Assembly: GCA_964016885.1 (NCBI GenBank)
Contig: OZ024759.1
Location: forward strand, 6,510,001 to 6,574,000
From: Eledone cirrhosa
Lineage: Eukaryota
DNA: 64,000 nt
Reading direction: 5' to 3'
Positions 1 through 13,804 of the stretch are shown here, piece by piece; position 1 is the first letter of the stretch, and each line of letters opens with the position of its first letter. Position numbers and translations under genes: made by a program. The notes beneath the pieces are model-generated. The model saw only the letters and a program-made list of their open reading frames with translations. It was not told where the DNA came from and did not search any database.

Positions 1-3000
1 CAGTAAAGATACTATAAACATTTAGTACAAAACAACACTATGACTACATCACATTAAATATTAAAGTCTTTACTGTAATACTGTAAATATTCACAACAAT
101 CTGTCTACCAGTAAAGATACTATAAACATTTAGTACAAAACAACACTATGACTACATCACATTAAATATTAAAGTCTTTACTGTAATACTGTAAATATTC
201 ACAACAATCTGTCTACCAGTAAAGATACTATAAACATTTAGTACAAAACAACACTATGACTACATCACATTAAATATTGAAGTCTTTACTGTAATACTGT
301 AAATATTCACAACAATCTGTCCACCAGTAAAGATACTATAAACATTTAGTACAAAACAACACTGACTACATCACATTAAATATTAAAGTCTTTACTGTAA
401 TACTGTAAATATTCACAACAATCTGTCTACCAGTAAAGATACTATAAACATTTAGTACAAAACAACACTATGACTACATCACATTAAATATTAAAGTCTT
501 TGCTGTAATACTGTAAATATTCACAACAATCTGTCCACCAGTAAAGATACTATAAACATTTAGTACAAAACAACACTATGACTACATCACAATAAATATT
601 AAAGTCTTTACTGTAATACTGTAAATATTCACAACAATCTGTCCACCAGTAAAGATACTATAAACATTTAGTACAAAACAACACTATGACTACATCACAT
701 TAAATATTAAAGTCTTTACTGTAATACTGTAAATGTTCACAACAATCTGTCTACTAGTAAAGATACTATAAACATTTAGTACAAAACAACACTATGACTA
801 CATCACATTAAATATTAAAGTATTTACTGTAATACTGTAAATATTCACAACAATCTGTTTACTAGTAAAGATACTATAAACATTTAGTACAAAACAACAC
901 TACATCACATTAAATATTAAAGTATTTACTGTAATACTGTAAATGTTCACAACAATCTGTCCACCAGTAAAGATACTATAAACATTTAGTACAAAACAAC
1001 ACTATGACTACATCACATTAAATATTAAAGTCTTTACTGTAATACTGTAAATATGCACAACAATCTGTCCACCAGTAAAGATACTATAAACATTTAGTAC
1101 AAAACAACACTATGACTACATCACATTAAATATTAAAGTCTTTACTGTAATACTGTAAATATTCACAACAATCTGTCTACCAGTAAAGATACTATAAACA
1201 TTTAGTACAAAACAACACTATGACTACATCACATTAAATATTAAAGTCTTTACTGTAATACTGTAAATATGCACAACAATCTGTCCACCAGTAAAGATAC
1301 TATAAACATTTAGTACAAAACAACACTATGACTACATCACATTAAATATTAAAGTCTTTACTGTAATACTGTAAATATTCACAACAATCTGTCTACCAGT
1401 AAAGATACTATAAACATTTAGTACAAAACAACATTATGACTACATCACATTAAATATTAAAGTCTTTACTGTAATACTGTAAATATTCACAACAATCTGT
1501 CTACCAGTAAAGATACTATAAACATTTAGTACAAAACAACATTATGACTACATCACATTAAATATTAAAGTCTTTACTGTAATACTGTAAATGTTCGCAA
1601 CAATCTGTCTACTAGTAAAGATACTATAAACATTTAGTACAAAACAACACTATGACTACATCACATTAAATATTAAAGTATTTACTGTAATACTGTAAAT
1701 ATTCACAACAATCTGTCTACCAGTAAAGATACTATAAACATTTAGTACAAAACAACATTATGACTACATCACATTAAATATTAAAGTCTTTACTGTAATA
1801 CTGTAAATATTCACAACAATCTGTCTACCAGTAAAGATACTATAAACATTTAGTACAAAACAACATTATGACTACATCACATTAAATATTAAAGTCTTTA
1901 CTGTAATACTGTAAATGTTCACAACAATCTGTCTACTAGTAAAGATACTATAAACATTTAGTACAAAACAACACTATGACATCACATTAAATATTAAAGT
2001 CTTTACTGTAATACTGTAAATATTCACAACAATCTGTCTACCAGTAAAGATACTATAAACATTTAGTACAAAACAACACTATGACTACATCACATTAAAT
2101 ATTAAAGTCTTTACTGTAATACTGTAAATGTTCACTACAATCTGTCTACTAGTAAAGATACTATAAACATTTAGTACAAAACAACACTATGATTACATCA
2201 CATTAAATATTAAAGTATTTACTGTAATACTGTAAATATTCACAACAATCTGTCTACTAGTAAAGATACTATAAACATTTAGTACAAAACAACAGTACAT
2301 CACATTAAATATTAAAGTATTTACTGTAATACTGTAAATGTTCACAACAATCTGTCCACCAGTAAAGATACTATAAACATTTAGTACAAAACAACACTAT
2401 GACTACATCACATTAAATATTAAAGTCTTTACTGTAATACTGTAAATATTCACAACAATCTGTCTACCAGTAAAGATACTATAAACATTTAGTACAAAAC
2501 AACACTATGACTACATCACATTAAATATTAAAGTCTTTACTGTAATACTGTAAATATGCACAACAATCTGTCCACCAGTAAAGATACTATAAACATTTAG
2601 TACAAAACAACACTATGACTACATCACATTAAATATTAAAGTCTTTACTGTAATACTGTAAATATTCACAACAATCTGTCTACCAGTAAAGATACTATAA
2701 ACATTTAGTACAAAACAACACTATGACTACATCACATTAAATATTAAAGTCTTTACTGTAATACTGTAAATATGCACAACAATCTGTCCACCAGTAAAGA
2801 TACTATAAACATTTAGTACAAAACAACACTATGACTACATCACATTAAATATTAAAGTCTTTCCTGTAATACTGTAAATATTCACAACAATCTGTCTACC
2901 AGTAAAGATACTATAAACATTTAGTACAAAACAACATTATGACTACATCACATTAAATATTAAAGTCTTTACTGTAATACTGTAAATATTCACAACAATC

Positions 3001-6000
3001 TGTCTACCAGTAAAGATACTATAAACATTTAGTACAAAACAACATTATGACTACATCACATTAAATATTAAAGTCTTTACTGTAATACTGTAAATATTCA
3101 CAACAATCTGTCTACCAGTAAAGATACTATAAACATTTAGTACAAAACAACATTATGACTACATCACATTAAATATTAAAGTATTTACTGTAATACTGTA
3201 AATGTTCGCAACAATCTGTCTACTAGTAAAGATACTATAAACATTTAGTACAAAACAACACTATGACTACATCACATTAAATATTAAAGTATTTACTGTA
3301 ATACTGTAAATATTCACAACAATCTGTCTACCAGTAAAGATACTATAAACATTTAGTACAAAACAACACTATGACTACATCACATTAAATATTAAAGTCT
3401 TTACTGTAATACTGTAAATGTTCACAACAATCTGTCTACTAGTAAAGATACTATAAACATTTAGTACAAAACAACACTATGACTACATCACATTAAATAT
3501 TAAAGTCTTTACTGTAATACTGTAAATGTTCACAACAATCTGTCTACTAGTAAAGATACTATAAACATTTAGTACAAAACAACACTATGACTACATCACA
3601 TTAAATATTAAAGTCTTTACTGTAATACTGTAAATATGCACAACAATCTGTCCACCAGTAAAGATACTATAAACATTTAGTACAAAACAACACTATGACT
3701 ACATCACATTAAATATTAAAGTCTTTACTGTAATACTGTAAATATTCACAACAATCTGTCTACCAGTAAAGATACTATAAACATTTAGTACAAAACAACA
3801 TTATGACTACATCACATTAAATATTAAAGTCTTTACTGTAATACTGTAAATATTCACAACAATCTGTCTACCAGTAAAGATACTATAAACATTTAGTACA
3901 AAACAACATTATGACTACATCACATTAAATATTAAAGTCTTTACTGTAATACTGTAAATGTTCGCAACAATCTGTCTACTAGTAAAGATACTATAAACAT
4001 TTAGTACAAAACAACACTATGACTACATCACATTAAATATTAAAGTATTTACTGTAATACTGTAAATATTCACAACAATCTGTCTACCAGTAAAGATACT
4101 ATAAACATTTAGTACAAAACAACATTATGACTACATCACATTAAATATTAAAGTCTTTACTGTAATACTGTAAATATTCACAACAATCTGTCTACCAGTA
4201 AAGATACTATAAACATTTAGTACAAAACAACATTATGACTACATCACATTAAATATTAAAGTCTTTACTGTAATACTGTAAATGTTCACAACAATCTGTC
4301 TACTAGTAAAGATACTATAAACATTTAGTACAAAACAACACTATGACATCACATTAAATATTAAAGTCTTTACTGTAATACTGTAAATATTCACAACAAT
4401 CTGTCTACCAGTAAAGATACTATAAACATTTAGTACAAAACAACACTATGACTACATCACATTAAATATTAAAGTCTTTACTGTAATACTGTAAATGTTC
4501 ACTACAATCTGTCTACTAGTAAAGATACTATAAACATTTAGTACAAAACAACACTATGATTACATCACATTAAATATTAAAGTATTTACTGTAATACTGT
4601 AAATATTCACAACAATCTGTCTACTAGTAAAGATACTATAAACATTTAGTACAAAACAACAGTACATCACATTAAATATTAAAGTATTTACTGTAATACT
4701 GTAAATGTTCACAACAATCTGTCCACCAGTAAAGATACTATAAACATTTAGTACAAAACAACACTATGACTACATCACATTAAATATTAAAGTCTTTACT
4801 GTAATACTGTAAATATTCACAACAATCTGTCTACCAGTAAAGATACTATAAACATTTAGTACAAAACAACACTATGACTACATCACATTAAATATTAAAG
4901 TCTTTACTGTAATACTGTAAATATGCACAACAATCTGTCCACCAGTAAAGATACTATAAACATTTAGTACAAAACAACACTATGACTACATCACATTAAA
5001 TATTAAAGTCTTTACTGTAATACTGTAAATATTCACAACAATCTGTCTACCAGTAAAGATACTATAAACATTTAGTACAAAACAACACTATGACTACATC
5101 ACATTAAATATTAAAGTCTTTACTGTAATACTGTAAATATGCACAACAATCTGTCCACCAGTAAAGATACTATAAACATTTAGTACAAAACAACACTATG
5201 ACTACATCACATTAAATATTAAAGTCTTTCCTGTAATACTGTAAATATTCACAACAATCTGTCTACCAGTAAAGATACTATAAACATTTAGTACAAAACA
5301 ACATTATGACTACATCACATTAAATATTAAAGTCTTTACTGTAATACTGTAAATATTCACAACAATCTGTCTACCAGTAAAGATACTATAAACATTTAGT
5401 ACAAAACAACATTATGACTACATCACATTAAATATTAAAGTCTTTACTGTAATACTGTAAATATTCACAACAATCTGTCTACCAGTAAAGATACTATAAA
5501 CATTTAGTACAAAACAACATTATGACTACATCACATTAAATATTAAAGTATTTACTGTAATACTGTAAATGTTCGCAACAATCTGTCTACTAGTAAAGAT
5601 ACTATAAACATTTAGTACAAAACAACACTATGACTACATCACATTAAATATTAAAGTATTTACTGTAATACTGTAAATATTCACAACAATCTGTCTACCA
5701 GTAAAGATACTATAAACATTTAGTACAAAACAACACTATGACTACATCACATTAAATATTAAAGTCTTTACTGTAATACTGTAAATGTTCACAACAATCT
5801 GTCTACTAGTAAAGATACTATAAACATTTAGTACAAAACAACACTATGACTACATCACATTAAATATTAAAGTCTTTACTGTAATACTGTAAATGTTCAC
5901 AACAATCTGTCTACTAGTAAAGATACTATAAACATTTAGTACAAAACAACACTATGACTACATCACATTAAATATTAAAGTCTTTACTGTAATACTGTAA

Positions 6001-6640
6001 ATATGCACAACAATCTGTCCACCAGTAAAGATACTATAAACATTTAGTACAAAACAACATTATGACTACATCACATTAGATGTTAAAGTCTTTACTGTAA
6101 TACTGTAAATATTCACAACAATCTGTCTTCCAGTAAAGATACTATAAACATTTAGTACAAAACAACACTATGACTACATCACATTAAATATTAAAGTATT
6201 TACTGTAATACTGTAAATGTTCACAACAATCTGTGTACTAGTAAAGATACTATAAACATTTAGTACAAAACAACACTATGACTACATCACATTAAATATT
6301 AAAGTATTTACTGTAATACTGTAAATATTCACAACAATCTGTCTACCAGTAAAGATACTATAAACATTTAGTACAAAACAACACTATGACTACATCACAT
6401 TAAATATTAAAGTCTTTACTGTAATACTGTAAATATGCACAACAATCTGTCCACCAGTAAAGATACTATAAACATTTAGTACAAAACAACACTATGACTA
6501 CATCACATTAAAAATTAAAGTATTTACTGTAATACTGTAAATGTTCACAACAATCTGTCTACCAGTAAAGATATTATAAACATTTAGTACAAAACAACAC
6601 TATGACTACATCACATTAAATATTAAAGTATTTACTGTAA
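1..6640. repeat. 108-bp AT-rich tandem satellite, ~61 copies, open at the left edge of the window; lies in the ALAD intron upstream of exon 9520
   Basis: Unit cagtaaagatactataaacatttagtacaaaacaacactatgactacatcacattaaatattaaagtctttactgtaatactgtaaatattcacaacaatctgtctac restarts at 1, 109, 217...; the array ends near 6640. Confidence 0.97.
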
Positions 6641-6719
6641 ATTTTCACATTGAAACATGGAAAAACATAGAAACGTGTTGTTTTAGTGAATGTTTAGTGT
6701 GGCATCTAGTATTTTGTTT

Positions 6720-7081
6720 GGTTATAGTAAGGGCATCTGGCCATAGAAAGTTTGCCAAACACAAGGTTAGGAAGACTCTTTACTTGTGTCAATGAGACAA
6801 CCCCTCTAGTGTTGGTGATCTACACAAACACACCCAGTACACTCTGTAAAGTGGTTGGCGATAGGAAGGGTATCTAATTGTAGAAAGCTTACCAAACAAG
6901 GTTGGGAGGACACTCCAGTTGTGTTGGAGACAAGAAAGTGTTGGTGCCACAATGATATATGCTTGGTAGAATGTGGAACGATATGTAAGCAAAATGCAAA
7001 CCACTGGGAGGCCTGACTTGAGGACAGACGTGGTCTGTGAAAACTCGCCTAACCCTTGCTAGCAAGGAAGGTAGATGTTAA
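6720..7081 (+). mobile_element. Decayed RTE-LINE 3'-UTR / SINE-tail fragments (two partial copies)
   Basis: cacccagtacactctgtaaagtggttggcgataggaaggg... and ...cccttgctagcaagg...gttaa resemble the 3' end of the RTE element at 25711-25990 and the copies at 13121 and 23440. Confidence 0.6.
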
Positions 7082-7122
7082 CCTCTTCAGTGCTGTAGAC
7101 GAGATAACTCATCCTAACATGT

Positions 7123-8848
7123 TTGAACTCCTTTCCAACAGTTCATAACTTCAAAGTTAGGAACTTCTTTCCAACAGTTCATATCTTCAAAGTTAGGAAC
7201 TCCTTTCCAACAGTTCATAACTTCAAAGTTTGGAACTCCTTTCCAACAGTTCATAACTTCAAAGTTTGGAACTCCTTTCCAACAGTTCATAACTTCAAAG
7301 TTAGGAACTCCTTTCCAACAGTTCATAACTTCAAAGTTTGGAACTCCTTTCCAACAGTTCATAACTTCAAAGTTTGGAACTCCTTTCCAACAGTTCATAA
7401 CTTCAAAGTTAGGAACTCCTTTCCAACAGTTCATAACTTCAAAGTTAGGAACTCCTTTCCAACAGTTCATAACTTCAAAGTTAGGAACTTCTTTCCAACA
7501 GTTCATATCTTCAAAGTTAGGAACTCCTTTCCAACAGTTCATAACTTCAAAGTTTGGAACTCCTTTCCAACAGTTCATAACTTCAAAGTTTGGAACTCCT
7601 TTCCAACAGTTCATAACTTCAAAGTTAGGAACTCCTTTCCAACAGTTCATAACTTCAAAGTTTGGAACTCCTTTCCAACAGTTCATAACTTCAAAGTTTG
7701 GAACTCCTTTCCAACAGTTCATAACTTCAAAGTTAGGAACTTCTTTCCAACAGTTCATAACTTCAAAGTTAGGAACTCCTTTCCAACAGTTCATAACTTC
7801 AAAGTTTGGAACTCCTTTCCAACAGTTCATAACTTCAAAGTTAGGAACTCCTTTCCAACAGTTCATAACTTCAAAGTTTGGAACTCCTTTCCAACAGTTC
7901 ATATCTTCAAAGTTAGGAACTCCTTTCCAACAGTTCATAACTTCAAAGTTTGGAACTCCTTTCCAACAGTTCATATCTTCAAAGTTAGGAACTCCTTTCC
8001 AACAGTTCATAACTTCAAAGTTTGGAACTCCTTTCCAACAGTTCATATCTTCAAAGTTAGGAACTTCTTTCCAACAGTTCATATCTTCAAAGTTAGGAAC
8101 TCCTTTCCAACAGTTCATAACTTCAAAGTTAGGAACTCCTTTCCAACAGTTCATAACTTCAAAGTTAGGAACTCCTTTCCAACAGTTCATAACTTCAAAG
8201 TTAGGAACTCCTTTCCAACAGTTCATAACTTCAAAGTTAGGAACTCCTTTCCAACAGTTCATAACTTCAAAGTTAGGAACTCCTTTCCAACAGTTCATAA
8301 CTTCAAAGTTTGGAACTCCTTTCCAACAGTTCATAACTTCAAAGTTTGGAACTCCTTTCCAACAGTTCATAACTTCAAAGTTAGGAACTCCTTTTCAACA
8401 GTTCATATCTTCAAAGTTAGGAACTCCTTTCCAACAGTTCATAACTTCAAAGTTATGAACTCCTTTCCAACAGTTCATAACTTCAAAGTTAGGAACTCCT
8501 TTCCAACAGTTCATAACTTCAAAGTTTGGAACTCCTTTCCAACAGTTCATAACTTCAAAGTTTGGAAGTCCTTTCCAACAGTTCATAACTTCAAAGTTGT
8601 GAACTCCTTTCTAACAGTTCATAACTTCAAAGTTGTGAACTCCTTTCCAACAGTTCATAACTTCAAAGTTGTGAACTCCTTTCCAACAGTTCATAACTTC
8701 AAAGTTTGGAACTCCTTTCCAACAGTTCATAACTTCAAAGTTAGGAACTCCTTTTCAACAGTTCATATCTTCAAAGTTAGGAACTCCTTTCCAACAGTTC
8801 ATATCTTCAAAGTTAGGAACTCCTTTCCAACAGTTCATAACTTCAAAG
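7123..8848. repeat. 36-bp tandem minisatellite, ~48 copies, intronic
   Basis: Unit ggaactcctttccaacagttcataacttcaaagtt(a/t) repeats head-to-tail with no spacers. Confidence 0.97.
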
Positions 8849-8880
8849 CTAGATGAAGTTACTAGTTTATTGATTATGAT

Positions 8881-9020
8881 GAAGGCGTGTGGCTGAGTGG
8901 TTAGAGAATTGGATTTGCAATCGTGAGGTTGTGAGTTTGATTCCCTGACCAGACGATGCGTTATGTCCTTGAGCAAGACACTTTATTTCATGTTGCTCCT
9001 TCTACCTGGAGTTGTGACCG
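8881..9020 (+). mobile_element. tRNA-derived SINE (family A, CORE-like), 3'-truncated
   Basis: A-box-like tggctgagtgg, B-box-like gagtttgattcc, then tgtccttgagcaagacactttattt (resembles the CORE-SINE domain). Same head as the copies at 23241 and 25504. Confidence 0.75.
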
Positions 9021-9134
9021 ATAGATAGTATTAGCAATTGGAAAGACCAATGAAAACATTGTTTCGTCAGTCTGATTTGACAAAAGTTGATAGTTTCTTT
9101 GATGATGTGTATCATTATTTTCAAAATATATCTT

Positions 9135-9323
9135 AAAATGCGTACCACTAATCATATAAAATGTGTACCACTCATCATATAAAATGAGTACCACTCATCA
9201 TATAAAATGTGTACCACTAATCATATAAAATGTGTACCACTAATCATATAAAATGTGTACCACTAATCATATAAAATGTGTACCACTAATCATATAAAAT
9301 GTGTACCACTAATCATATAAAAT
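9135..9323. repeat. 23-bp tandem repeat, ~8 copies
   Basis: aaaatgtgtaccactaatcatat repeated (e.g. starts at 9181 and 9204). Confidence 0.9.
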
Positions 9324-9519
9324 GAATATTTGACATATCAGTATTTGTGGTATAAATAAAAAAGAAAAAAAACAGCTTATGTGTGTATGCCGGTAGGGAG
9401 TGTAAATACTGACATATTGAATGTAAACATACATACATGTACACCAGATCAGAATACAGAGGGGCCAAACTCTTGCCCTTCCCATCTCTCTATCTCAACA
9501 TTCTCTGTTTTATTTCCAG

Positions 9520-9603
9520 GGGTCCTCAACAAAGATGGTTCTATCAATAATGCTGAGTCTATTAAACGATTATCGGAGATTGCTGTCACATATGCTAAAG
9601 CAG
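9520..9603 (+). CDS. ALAD: ALAD (porphobilinogen synthase) internal coding exon, first in window, 84 bp: (G)VLNKDGSINNAESIKRLSEIAVTYAKA(G)
   Basis: Acceptor tttccag|, donor |gtaat, phase 1/1. Matches the ALAD segment that follows the Zn-binding Cys motif (human ...RLAEVALAYAKAG). Confidence 0.93.
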
Positions 9604-9696
9604 GTAATATTTTCACTAAAGCAAAAATATAAAGCTTTTTTTTGGCAATTCTTTTTGTTTCCTGCTTGTTTTGTTGAGGTGTCAGTTTTAGTATTT

Positions 9697-10355
9697 TTAA
9701 CCCTTTCATTACCATATTTCTAATGAAAGACACTGTCTATGTCATTAACCCTTCCATTACCATATTTCTAATGAAAGACACTGTCTATGTCATTAACCCT
9801 TCCATTACCATATTTCTAATGAAAGACACTGTCTATGTCATTAACCCTTTCATTACCATATTTCTAATGAAAGACACTGTCTATGTCATTAACCCTTTCA
9901 TTACCATATTTCTAATGAAAGACACTGTCTATGTCATTAACCCTTTCATTACCATATTTCTAATGAAAGACACTGTCTATGTCATTAACCCTTCCATTAC
10001 CATATTTCTAATGAAAGACACTGTCTATGTCATTAACCCTTTCATTACCATATTTCTAATGAAAGACATTGTCTATGTCATTAACCCTTTCATTACCATA
10101 TTTCTAATGAAAGACACTGTCTATGTCATTAACCCTTTCATTACCATATTTCTAATGAAAGACCCTGTCTATGTCATTAACCCTTTCATTACCATATTTC
10201 TAATGAAAGCCACTGTCTATGTCATTAACCCTTTCATTACCATATTTCTAATGAAAGACCCTGTCTATGTCATTAACCCTTTCATTACCATATTTCTAAT
10301 GAAAGACCCTGTCTATGTCATTAACCCCTTCATTACTATATTTCTAATGAAAGAC
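9697..10355. repeat. 48-bp tandem repeat, ~13-14 copies; each unit begins TTAA-CCCT (MITE left end)
   Basis: Unit ttaaccctttcattaccatatttctaatgaaagacactgtctatgtca. Its reverse complement resembles the terminus at 21647-21679. Confidence 0.93.
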
Positions 10356-10639
10356 AATTATTTCTCGGGCGACCAGCTCGAGGCACGATCGATGTGGTGA
10401 TCAAACCTGACTCTGGAATCGCACGGTCCTCGGATACGTCTCGATTCTACGAAGCAGATTCCTTTCGTCGCAACACTAATTCTCTTTTTTCTGTGATATC
10501 ATACTCTGCTCTATGAGGGCATTGAGTGCTCATACAGCCTACCGCATACGGACGCTTTAAGCATCCAACACCAATTACATATATATATATATATATATAT
10601 ATTTTGAGTATATGTTTTAAATATTTGACTTAATTATTT

Positions 10640-10674
<35 letters not shown>

Positions 10675-10677
10675 GTA

Positions 10678-10722
<45 letters not shown>

Positions 10723-10924
10723 ATGATATTAATACATGTAAACTATCTTTATAAAACCATATTTATTTTATTATATATATTTGAAGGGTACCAAAATTTT
10801 GGTATGCTTGCATCAGATAAAATACAAAAATTGTTTTATAAATATTGACATATCCAGGAACAAGAACTTATCATTTTAAGTACATTTTGGATAGTATATA
10901 TTTATATATATATATATATATTAG

Positions 10925-11473
<549 letters not shown>

Positions 11474-11619
11474 TGAGTGTCCCCTAACTTTTGGCTTTCA
11501 ACTCCCTACTCTGCAAATTCTGCTTTGATTTTCCCTTCATCCACACAAACTGTTGATTCTCCTCCTCCTCCTCACTCTCAAATTCTGGATCAACTTTGCC
11601 CCTCCCTTACAAATATCAC

Positions 11620-12395
11620 ACTACCACCACCACTCTCACCACCAACGCTCTCACCATCGCTACCACTTACTACCACCACCACCCACACCACCACTACTAC
11701 TACCACCACCACTACCACCTCCATCACCACTACTACTACTACCACCACCACTACCACCTGCACCACCACTACCACCGCCACCCACACCACCATCACCACT
11801 ACAACTACCACCACCACCTCCATCACCACTACCACCTCCATCGCCACTACTACCACCACCACTACCACCTCCATCACCACTACTACTACTACCACCACCA
11901 CTACCACCTGCATCACCACTACCACCTCCATCACCACTACAACTACCACCACCGCCTCCATCACCACTACCACCTCCATCGCCACTACTACCACCACCAC
12001 TACCACCTCCATCACCACTACTACTACTACCACCACCACTACCACCTGCATCACCACTACCACCTCCATCACCACTACAACTACCACCACCACCTCCATC
12101 ACCACTACCACCTCCATCGCCACTACTACCACCACCACTACCACCTCCATCACCACTACTACTACTACCACCACCACTACCACCTGCATCACCACTACCA
12201 CCTCCATCACCACTACAACTACCACCACCACCTCCATCACCACTACTACCACCACTACCACCTCCATCACCACTACTACCACCACCACCCACACCACCAC
12301 TACCACCTCCATCACCACCACCACCCACACCACCACCACCACCACTACCACCACCCACACCACCACTACCACCACCACCACCACCACCACCACCA
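11620..12395. repeat. Compound (ACC/ACT/ATC)n trinucleotide tract with a 138-bp higher-order unit, intronic
   Basis: The rare variants tcgcc (11841, 11979, 12117) and cacctg (11905, 12043, 12181) recur every 138 bp. Confidence 0.93.
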
Positions 12396-12416
12396 TAACT
12401 CTTGTCTTTATTCCAG

Positions 12417-12504
12417 AGATGCTGCCCGTTCTGCCCCATCATTTGGTGATAGGCAGAATTACCAGTTACCTCCTGGTGCCCTCGGACTAGCAGACAGAGC
12501 TGTT
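12417..12504 (+). CDS. ALAD: ALAD coding exon, 88 bp: (R)[29 protein letters not shown]
   Basis: Acceptor ttccag|, donor |gtaagt. RDAA..FGDR..YQLP active-site lid motif. Confidence 0.96.
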
Positions 12505-12568
12505 GTAAGTAGAATAGCCCCTCCCCCCTCTCTCTTTCTCTCTCTCTACCTCTCTTTCTCTCTCTCTC

Positions 12569-12609
<41 letters not shown>

Positions 12610-13087
12610 ATATTAATAAATGAAGACGTTCACATAATCACTGCCAAGACTGGAATTGAACCATCAAGACAGTTGGGGTATGTCATACATCAATTCATGT
12701 ATTTTATCTGATGAGGACATACCTCAACAGCACAGTACCTCCAAAATATATATAATAAAACATATATTTTGAATATGGAATATTTTGAATAATATTAATA
12801 ACTCCAGAAAACTTCATTGTAGAGTGCTTTTAATCTATTGTAAAACTATATACATTGAGTAATCAATGAACCATATTAATCTTTGGTTATATATATATAT
12901 AGAAACTGGTATGGGCGAGACACGGTCTGCCAACCATTTCCGTATCAAATGGAACAAAACTATCTAATCCACGCTAGCGTGGAAGATGGACCTTAACCGA
13001 TGATGATATATATATGTATATATATATATATTAAATCTCTCTCTCTCTGACAGCCTCTCTATCTGTCTATCTTTATCTGTGTTTATA

Positions 13088-13120
<33 letters not shown>

Positions 13121-13270
13121 GTGGTTGGTGTTAGGAAGGGCATCCAACTGTAGAAAACCCGCCAGAGAGTCCTATGCGAGCAAGACAACCACTCTTGCCT
13201 CAAGTGGGAAAACTCCCGTCCAAACCCATGCAAGCGTGGAACATGGACGTTAAACGATGATGATGATGAT
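13121..13270 (+). mobile_element. RTE-LINE 3'-end / SINE tail ending in (TGA)n
   Basis: gtggttggtgttaggaagggcatcc...cccatgcaagcgtggaacatggacgttaaacgatgatgatgat matches the RTE 3' end at 25711-25900. Confidence 0.75.
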
Positions 13271-13359
13271 ATATATATGTTTTGCAAGGTTTTTGATATG
13301 AAATTGTGTGTTGAAACAAATATTGTTATACTTGGGGAGGGTCAACAGAAGGAAACGTA

Positions 13360-13410
13360 ATAGTACCACTGATGATGTCACAGATGTGTGACGAAAGAAC
13401 TTAGACTATA
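13360..13410 (+). ncRNA. Putative minimal type-I hammerhead ribozyme-like motif, possibly degenerate
   Basis: CTGATGA (13369-75), T, GTCACA-gatg-TGTGAC (6-bp stem II), GAAA (13393-96), GAAC, TT. Flanking atagt and actat can form part of stem I. Confidence 0.5.
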
Positions 13411-13503
13411 TATATTTATATGTATATTTATATCGATCATTTTAACCGTTGGTCAGTGAATGATAAACATTGATTGCAAGATAAATTAACCATGGAGATA
13501 TAA

Positions 13504-13785
<282 letters not shown>

Positions 13786-13804
13786 TAGGTTTATGTATAT
13801 GTTT

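Noticed and set aside
7114-8856. 36-bp repeats resembling a CRISPR array, and 418/577-aa ORFs
   Set aside because: Units are head-to-tail with no unique spacers, there are no cas genes and the context is a eukaryotic intron. The ORFs arise from the 12-codon period.
8881-8950. tRNA-like sequences here and at 23241 and 25504
   Set aside because: They have A/B boxes but no convincing cloverleaf or acceptor stem and continue into a shared SINE body, so they are SINE heads and not tRNA genes.
6640-9519. Search for the upstream ALAD exon with the Zn-binding DVCLC..HGHCG motif
   Set aside because: No such coding segment was seen in the non-repetitive parts. It presumably lies upstream of the window, so the enzyme's metal type cannot be judged here.
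10500-10545. Hairpin tatgagggca-ttgag-tgctcata as another hammerhead
   Set aside because: It lacks both the CTGA and GAAA core elements and is too degenerate to support.
11477-12711. Mucin-like poly-Thr, extensin-like poly-Pro, His-rich and Gly-rich ORFs
   Set aside because: Translations of an intronic trinucleotide tract bounded by canonical ALAD splice sites (11473 GT, 12416 AG).
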